Shown here in pieces: positions 26,353 to 33,521 of a stretch of 33,521 bases of DNA. The translations under genes and the position numbers were made by a program. Source of the DNA: Gonapodya sp. JEL0774 (taxonomy: Eukaryota); contig JADIIX010000046.1 of assembly GCA_027604505.1 (NCBI GenBank), positions 124,001-157,521 on the forward strand. Direction: 5' to 3'. The notes under the pieces were generated by a model, which was not told where the DNA came from, did no database searches, and worked only from the letters and a program-made list of their open reading frames with translations. The number at the start of each line of letters is the position of its first letter. Within the stretch, counting starts at the first letter, position 1.

Positions 26353-29300
26353 ATGAAAATGCTGGGCATTTTTTTATCCCAATCGTCAAATTTTCGAGCT
26401 CTTGGAACGGAGTTTGGGCGTGCCGGGACGGCGATGGCGATGTGTGGAAGTACAACGAGGATACGGACGTTGCCGCCGTCTCGGGCGAACAGGACAGACA
26501 GGACACGCGCAAACATCCATAGCACTACTGTCCGTAGGATATCTCGATCCGTCCCCGCCGAATCCCCCGAATCCGCATCGCCGTCCGCACCGTCCGAGTT
26601 CTCCACCGGATCACCACAGCACACTCTGGCGCAACCGCCTCTGCCCCCTGCTGCCCACTCCGCGCTCTCCCTTTTGCCTGCTTCTCCATCCCGCTCCATC
26701 ACCTGCGGCACAGTCACTCTGCCCATGGCAGGCTCCCCGGTCGCCCTCTGTGGGTGGCTCACACACGTCCGCCGCGTCTCAGGATCCACAGTCTTCTTCA
26801 CGTTGCGGGACATGACAGGCACAGTGCAGATCATTCACACACTACCGGCCAAGGACACCCCCGAGAGGGACTACCACGTGCGGATACGGGACACGCTGCT
26901 CTCTCTGAACCAGGACTCGGTGCTCAGGTGTGTGGGCACCGTACGCCCGCGCCCTGCGTCCTCTGTGAACCCGCACCTCCCCACCGGTGCCATCGAGGTG
27001 TCCCTCCTGCACCTCGAGGTGCTCAACCCGTGTCCGCCTCTGCCGTTCCCCACACACGAACTGACCCCACACCCACCACCCACGACGGCACCGCCGTCCA
27101 CCACCACCTCCGCCCCCGCACCACCGACCCCGGACGAGCCCCCCGAAGACCTCCGCCTCCGGCACCGCCACCTCGACCTACGGCGCCCCCGATTGCAAAG
27201 CAACCTCCTCCTCCGCTCGACCATCCTCCACGCCGCGCGGACGCACCTCTTCTCCCACGAGGGTCTCCACGAGATCGAGACTCCGTATCTCACCCGGTCC
27301 ACACCAGAGGGCGCCCGGGAGTTCTTGGTCCCCACACGGGCCAAAACCCGCGGAGGGGAGTTTTACGCCCTGGCGCAGAGCCCGCAGCAGTACAAGCAGA
27401 TGCTCATGTGCGCAGGGTTCGAGGGGTATTTCCAGATCGCGAGGTGCTTTAGAGACGAGGATGCGAGGAGGGATAGGCAGCCTGAGTTTACGCAGGTGAG
27501 GGGATGGGGCGGGGGGGGGTAGGGGGGGTGTGTGCTTTGTGCGGCGGGGTGGGAGCGGGTGGGAACATTGGGTGGTGGGCCGTGGGATCCTGTCACGGCA
27601 TATACTTGGGAGTGTCCCTCACGCTCCTCATCCCACCATCCTCACGTCCCGTCTCGTCCCCCCCCGCCGCGGGCCCCCCCGCCCCCCGCGCCCCCCCCCC
27701 CCGACCCCCACCCACCCACCACACCACACCACCCCACCCCCAGATCGACCTCGAACTTTCCTTCCACACTCAACCCTCCCTCCTCCGCCTCGTCGAGCGC
27801 CTCATTCTTCACATATACCAGACCGCGTTGTCCCTCCCCCTCCGCGACATGTACCGAGCCGTCAAGTCTCCCTACGGTGTGCCGGCGTCGCTCACGGGGT
27901 CGGCCGCCCTCGCCCCCGCACTGGCACCCCCGCCCGACACCCCCCCCTTTGTGTTCCCCGCCGTGACCTACGCGCGCGCCATGAGCCTGTACGGGTCGGA
28001 CAAGCCCGACGTGCGGTACGGGATGGAGATCCACCAGATCCCCACGTCGGCGATGCGGGGTGCGGGGTGGGACGTGCGGCGCGGGTGGGTCGTGGAGGGG
28101 TTCGTGGTGCCGAGGAGCGCGAGCGTGGGGTGGGAAAAGGGGAAGGGGAAGGGGGTGCTCGAGGGGTGGGAGAGGGAGGTGAGAGGGCAGAGGAGGGAGG
28201 AGGGGGGGAAAGGGTTTGTGGTGGTGGAGGTGCGGGGGGACGGGAGGGCGTGGTGGGCGGCGGGGGATGGGTCGGTGGTGGGGGAGTTGGAGGGCGTAGC
28301 GAGACGTGCAGGTGCAGAGGGGGAGGCGGCACCGGAGACAGGGACAGGGACAGGGATGGGGACAGGGACTGCGGCTGGCGATGACGATGGCACCGCGGCG
28401 CCCACGATGGGGGCCATGCCCGAGCCCCTCGCGTCTGCGCCCGCCGGGTCCCTCGTGGCCCTCTCGTGTCGCCCCGCGCGGCCCACGGGGGGCTCCACGT
28501 CTCTCGGGCGTGCCAGGCTGCTTCTGGCGGCGAGGATGAGGCGGGCCGGTGTGGAGTTGCCCCAGCCGACGCCTGGTGTGGGGGTGTTTGGAGGTGTGGA
28601 GTGGCGGTGGCCGGGGAACGGGGACGNNNNNNNNNNGGTCGGGGGGGGGGGCTGGGCGGGGGGTGTGGGGGGGGACGGGGTGGGCGGGGGTGTGGGTGTG
28701 GTCGGGGGTGTTGCGGCGGATAGACCGGGATGGGGGGAGGGCGCGGGCGCCGCGGGGGGGCGGGGGGAGCGTGGTGGACGGGAAAGTGGTGCTGCGAGGG
28801 GGTCGGACGGTGCCCGTGCCGCATTTTGTGTGGGTGGTGGAGTTTCCGATGTTTACGGCTGTGGCGGAGGACGGGTCGGAAGTGGAGGTGGAGGTGGATG
28901 GAGGTGGATTGGAGGCGGATGGAGGTGGAGGTGGGGAAGAAGGAGGAGGTAGCGGGGACGTGCGCCGCCGTCTGGTCTCGACGCACCACCCGTTCACGGC
29001 GCCACATCCGGACTCTCTGGTCCACCTCGAGCCCGGTGGGAACCCCCTGCTCGCCACAGCCCTGCACCACGACCTGGTGCTCAACGGGCTCGAACTGGCG
29101 GGGGGGTCTGTGCGCATCCACTCTGCGGACCTTCAAACCCGGGTGCTGCGTGACCTGCTGCGGCTCCCACGAACTCAAGTGGACTCGTTCTCCCACGTGG
29201 TGGGCATGTTGGATGCCGGATGTCCCCCGCACGGTGGGGCGGCTGTGGGGCTGGACAGGCTTGTGGCGGAGATGGCGGGGGAGGAGGGGATACGGGATGT

Positions 29301-29487
29301 GGTGGCGTTTCCCAAAGTGTGGAGCGCTGTGGGAGGGGGCGTGATGAGGGATTGGACGGTGGGGGGGCCTGCAGGGGTGGCTGAGAGTGCGTTGGAAGAG
29401 TACGGGGTGAAGTGGGTTGGGAAACGCGGGGGGAGTGACGGGGGTAGTGGCGGTGGCGGTGGCGAGGAGGTAGAGGATGCGGGGTGA
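26353..29487 (+). CDS. MSD1: Mitochondrial (bacterial-type) aspartyl-tRNA synthetase, MSD1/DARS2 ortholog
   Basis: Arg/Ser/Thr-rich N-terminus, OB fold (LCGWLTHVRR...FFTLRDMTGTVQI), motif 1 region EIETPYLTRSTPEGAREF, FYALAQSPQQYKQMLM, motif 2 YFQIARCFRDEDARRDRQPEFTQ|IDLE (intron 27496-27743), YGSDKPDVRYG, HHPFTAP, DLVLNGLELAGGSVRIH, and motif 3 GCPPHGGAAVGLDRLVA. The frame across the N-gap at 28627-28636 is unresolved and the start ATG is uncertain. Confidence 0.92.
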
Positions 29488-29981
29488 TGGGTTGAGGGCG
29501 GGGGTGGTAGGTATGGGCCATGTCGTGGGTCCATTTCTGTGATTAACATGTGTGGGTTTGGCAAGTAAATAAAGTAAACTGTACATAGAGACACACACGA
29601 GCGGGAGGGAAGAAGACAGCACAGAACATGCGAACACACACACGACTCCACAGAAGGGATCGGGACGGGCGTTGACGGGATGGCGTGAGCGACACACCAG
29701 GGGGACCAGGGCAGGGGGATGGATGTGTCCACAGCATCCGATCGAGATCCTGTCCCGTCCCTGACGATCGCGTCCCTGAACCCTCCCCCTTCCTTTGGTC
29801 CACCTCCACCATATCACCCCCACTTCACACGCGTTTCGTTCCCTGTGTCCTCAATCAGCATCGGTGTTACGGCTCGGCTGCCTGCTGTGTGCAGCCCGTG
29901 TCTCCTCCCATCAACCGTGTTCATATCCCTTTCCACGGGGAGAATCCACATTCCAGTCCATTCCATTCCATTGTTGCTGCA

Positions 29982-32900
29982 ATGGTCTGTCTCCCCCCTT
30001 TGTCTCCCACCTGTCTCCCGTTGTTGCTCACTTGTCTCCCATGCCGTCATCGCCCCATCCCCCCCATCTCCCAATCCCTATCCCCATCCCCCATCCCCCA
30101 TCCCCCCCCATCCCAACCCCCCAGTCGTCCCTCCAAGCCATCGACTTTGTCGACGCCTACTCCCTCGCATGCGCCTCCGCCTCACACCCACCCATGCACG
30201 GTCTCATCAAACTCATGACGGACGCAATCGACAACGGGTCTGTTCCGTGCACTCCCTCCCTCCCTCTTCCCATTCCCCTCCTTTGTCCCCCCATCTCACT
30301 CCCCACTCCCCCTCCCCAACACCCCAACCACAGCTCCCCCAACACCTCCCTCGCCTTCACAGGCACCCGCAAGGGCCACATCCCACCTGCCCCCTCGCTT
30401 GCCTTTGCATGCCCCGACGACACAGACCTCGTCTTTCTCGTGCCTGCGCTCAGGGGCTTCTCCACCCTCACGACGCTCAAGCTACGGTACTGTTGCGTGG
30501 GCGATGAGGGGTGCAGGACCATCGCGGAGTACTTGAAGGTGGGTGGGCACTGTGGGGCGGGTGCCACCACGTAAGCGAGCGCAAGCGCGTGGAAAAAAGA
30601 GCGCTGACGGGGAACAATGTGCGGGCGGGAGTCTGTAGGGTTAGGGGGGAGGGATGTGAAGCGTGATGGACACACGCTGCGCACCTTGTCCCACGAACCA
30701 CCCCACCACCCCACCAACCCACTGTGATCCCCCCACACCCCCCCCACCCCCCCAAATCCCCCAACCCCAGGACTCCCGCCACCTCCTCCACCTCGACCTC
30801 TCCTGCAACCGTTTCACTTCCTTGGGCGCCTCCGTGCTGGCCAAGGTGCTCGAGATCAACGACGTCCTCGAGGTGCTCGACATGGGGAACAACGAGGTCG
30901 GGGATGTGGGCGGACTGGCCGTGGCAGTGATGTTGCAGGTGCGGCGCGGGGGGGTGGGGGGGTGAGGGGGGTGAGGGGGGGGTTGGCGCGGAGGGGGGGG
31001 GGGAGCGCGCCCCCGGGCGGAGTCCCCTCCCCCCGCCTCACGTACCCTCCTTCCCTCCCCCCCACCCGTCCCCCCAGGTCAACCTCACCCTACACACCCT
31101 CCTCCTCCCCCGCTGCAGTCTCACCTCCCGCAGTCTGATCCCCCTGTGCACCTCATTCCGCAGTTCCCCTGTGCTCCGATCTTTCGACGTGTCCCACAAC
31201 ATGACGGCCGACGCGACGGACCGGACCGACTCTGTGCGCCACGTGTGGCGCGCGGTGGGGATGAGCAGGGTCGTCAGGAGGGTCGGTGTGGCCGGTATGG
31301 GCATGGACCAGCGCGCGGTGGACGAGGAGGTGGTGCGGGGGGTACAGGGGAACAGGTGGTTGGTGGAGGTGGACGTGAGCAGGTGAGTGGCACGCGGGGC
31401 CCTTCCTTCCCCCGCCCAGGTAGGTCCACCTTCCCCTTTCCTCCCAAATCCCCCCCCACACACACACGCACCACCCCGCCCATAACCCCGACGCACACAC
31501 CCTGGCCCCACCCCGGCACCCCGGTCTTTAGAAACCCCCTCTCCTCCACCGGCGCCGCCCACCTGTTCCACGCCCTGGCCTCGCACCCCACGATCCGCAA
31601 GGTCCGGTGCGACCACTGTGGAGTCAAGGACGAAGGAGCTCTCGCGGCGGGGGACATGGTCCGCCGGGGTGGAGGGGTGGAGAGGTGGGCGGGTGGGGGG
31701 GGGGTGGGGGGNNNNNNNNNNNNNNNNNNNNNNNNNNNNNNNNNNNNNNNNNNNNNNNNNNNNNNNNNNNNNNNNNNNNNNNNNNNNNNNNNNNNNNNNN
31801 NNNNNNNNNNNNNNNNNNNNNNNNNNNNNNNNNNNNNNNNNNNNNNNNNNNNNNNNNNNNNNNNNNNNNNGGGGGGGGGGCCGCGCCGCCCCCGGGCGGG
31901 GGGGCCGGGGGGGCGGGGGTTGGGGGGGGGTAACGCGCGGGCGGGCGGGCAAGGGTAGGATGGTGGGTCGGGATTGGGAATCGGGTTGGGTTTGGGTGTT
32001 TGGTGTTTGGTTTTTGGTTTTTGGCGATTTATTTTTGATTTTTTTTGTTTGTGTTTCTATTGCTTTTTGTTTGTGTGTGTGTGTGTGTGTTCGGGTTTGG
32101 GTTTCGGTGCTTGNNNNNNNNNNGGGGGGGGGGGGGGCGGGGGGGGGGTGGCGCAGTGGTGGGCACTGACCTGACCACGCGCGCACCTTGCACCATCGCA
32201 CCTCCTTTTCCACGTACCGACACCGAAAACAAACCAACAAAGCCTCCACCTGGCCCACAACTCCATATCGTCCGCGGGGCTGGTGGCGCTGGCAGATGCG
32301 GTGAAGGCGCCAGGGGGGAAGTTGAAGAGGATCGCGGTGTGGGGGAACGGGTGGGACGGGAAGGCGGCTCAGGTGGGTTGGGTGGGGGGTTTTNNNNNNN
32401 NNNNNNNNNNNNNNNNNNNNNNNNNNNNNNNNNNNNNNNNNNNNNNNNNNNNNNNNNNNNNNNNNNNNNNNNNNNNNNNNNNNNNNNNNNNNNNNNNNNN
32501 NNNNNNNNNNNNNNNNNNNNNNNNNNNNNNNCTATTGCTTTTTGTTTGTGTGTGTGTGTGTGTGTTCGGTTTTCGGTTTCGGTGCTTGGTCGGGACCTTT
32601 GGAGGACATCTGTGTGTGCGGTGCGGTGGTGGTGTTTGTGCTGCTCTGCCCCTCTGAGTCCCTCAGTCGCCACGGGCATTTTGGACGTTGTTGGTTGTTG
32701 GGCATTCGGCATTGGGTTGTTTGGGTGTGCGAAAAACTTACACTCACACTCCACTCCACTCCACGGCACGGGCACGGGCACGGGCACGTAACCATGTCGT
32801 TGATCTCGCCGCCCCCTCGCCGCCCCTTGTCCCTTCCGTCTTTCCATCGTCCATCTTCCATCTTCCCTCTCCTCCCCCCCAACAACCACCACCTGACCAC

Positions 32901-33518
32901 CTGCACGCACCTGTCCCACCCCCCACCCCCCACCCCGTGCAGGCCTGGGCCGCGCTGGTTGGAGGTGCGGTGGTGACTGCGTCGAAGCCCGGCGGGGGTG
33001 TGGTGGGGAGTGTGGGGAGTGTGGGGAGGGGTGGTGAGAAGGGGACGTGGAGGGGGGGTACGGGGACGGGGACCAGGTCGGCCACGGGGCTTTGGTCGGG
33101 ACAGGGAGATGTCGAGGGGACGGGACAGGGAGAGGGAGATGAGGCGGGGAATGATGGGACCGGGACGGTGACCGGGTCTGTGGTCTCGCTGGGGTCGAAC
33201 GGGTCCGTGGAGGAGGCAGGCAACAAGGGCACGACAGGGACTCGATATCCGACACGAGCATCAGTGTGGTCCCAGCTTGGGCCGCTCCGAGAACACGAGA
33301 ACCTACCTACGATCCTTATCGACGGATTTGTGTATCGGGTGAGCGGGAACCGGATCTGGCGGGATGAGGGGGAAGAGGGGGAAGAGGGTGAGGGAGGAGG
33401 AGGAGGAGGAGGAGAGGAGGCGGGTGATCCGAGAGTGTTGAGACGGGGAGATGTGGATGTTGTGATTTATGAGGGGGCAGGAGGGATTGAGGTTGGAGAG
33501 CGGGGGTTTGAGTGGTGA
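29982..33518 (+). CDS. LRRC34: RNI-like leucine-rich repeat protein, LRRC34-like
   Basis: Exons 29982-29984 (ATG only, tentative), 30125-30237, 30334-30538, 30771-30938, 31078-31382, 31532-31684, 32243-32372 and 32943-33518. Repeats: LKLRYCCVGDEGC, LDLSCNRFTSLGA, LDMGNNEVGDVGGLAVAVMLQVNLTL, LHLAHNSISSAGLVAL, IAVWGNGWD, and the C-terminal DVDVVIYE...EVGE. These match my recollection of LRRC34 (MLQIN, IWGN.FD, C-terminal DV...DG...LAE). Confidence 0.75.
32743..32788 (+). repeat. Intronic microsatellites (CACTC)n and (CACGGG)n
   Basis: Read directly: cactccactccactccacggcacgggcacgggcacgggcacg. Confidence 0.8.
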
Positions 33519-33521
33519 GAA

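Noticed and set aside
27642..29823. Long antisense and alternative-frame ORFs (491-643 aa) over AspRS, and similar ones over the LRR and RhoGEF genes
   Set aside because: They are Pro/Arg/Gly-rich shadows of stop-poor GC-rich sequence with no domain motifs.
32057..32588. Near-identical ~57-nt (GT)n-containing segment at 32057-32113 and 32532-32588
   Set aside because: Both copies abut N-gaps, so a gap-filling or assembly duplication is as likely as a real repeat.

Overview
Intron-rich eukaryotic genomic DNA (GT-AG introns mostly 55-100 nt, 4 N-gap regions), most consistent with an early-diverging, probably zoosporic (flagellated) fungus. The taxon is an inference from gene content and intron style. 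From left to right: (1) a decayed multi-exon gene of unknown family with a triplicated exon+intron module (about 1.1-3.6 kb); (2) a 7-exon PhyH-family Fe(II)/2OG dioxygenase on the minus strand that the ORF track shows only in fragments; (3) a divergent wax-synthase-type MBOAT acyltransferase; (4) a peroxisomal (PTS1 SKM) crotonase-fold enoyl-CoA isomerase with a probable 12-nt microexon; (5) a UBE2T-like E2; (6) endonuclease III (NTH1); (7) a ~2,820-aa SH3-DH-PH RhoGEF fused to a ~1,000-aa coiled coil; (8) RAD17; (9) mitochondrial aspartyl-tRNA synthetase; (10) an LRRC34-like LRR gene. The most striking unexplained signal is a G/C strand skew in the right ~7 kb that oscillates in phase with splice sites (G-rich around donors, C-rich around acceptors). 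It gives introns complementary halves and visibly biases protein composition. No tRNA, rRNA, CRISPR array or recognisable transposase was found. All exon models were built by eye and need RNA-seq confirmation.
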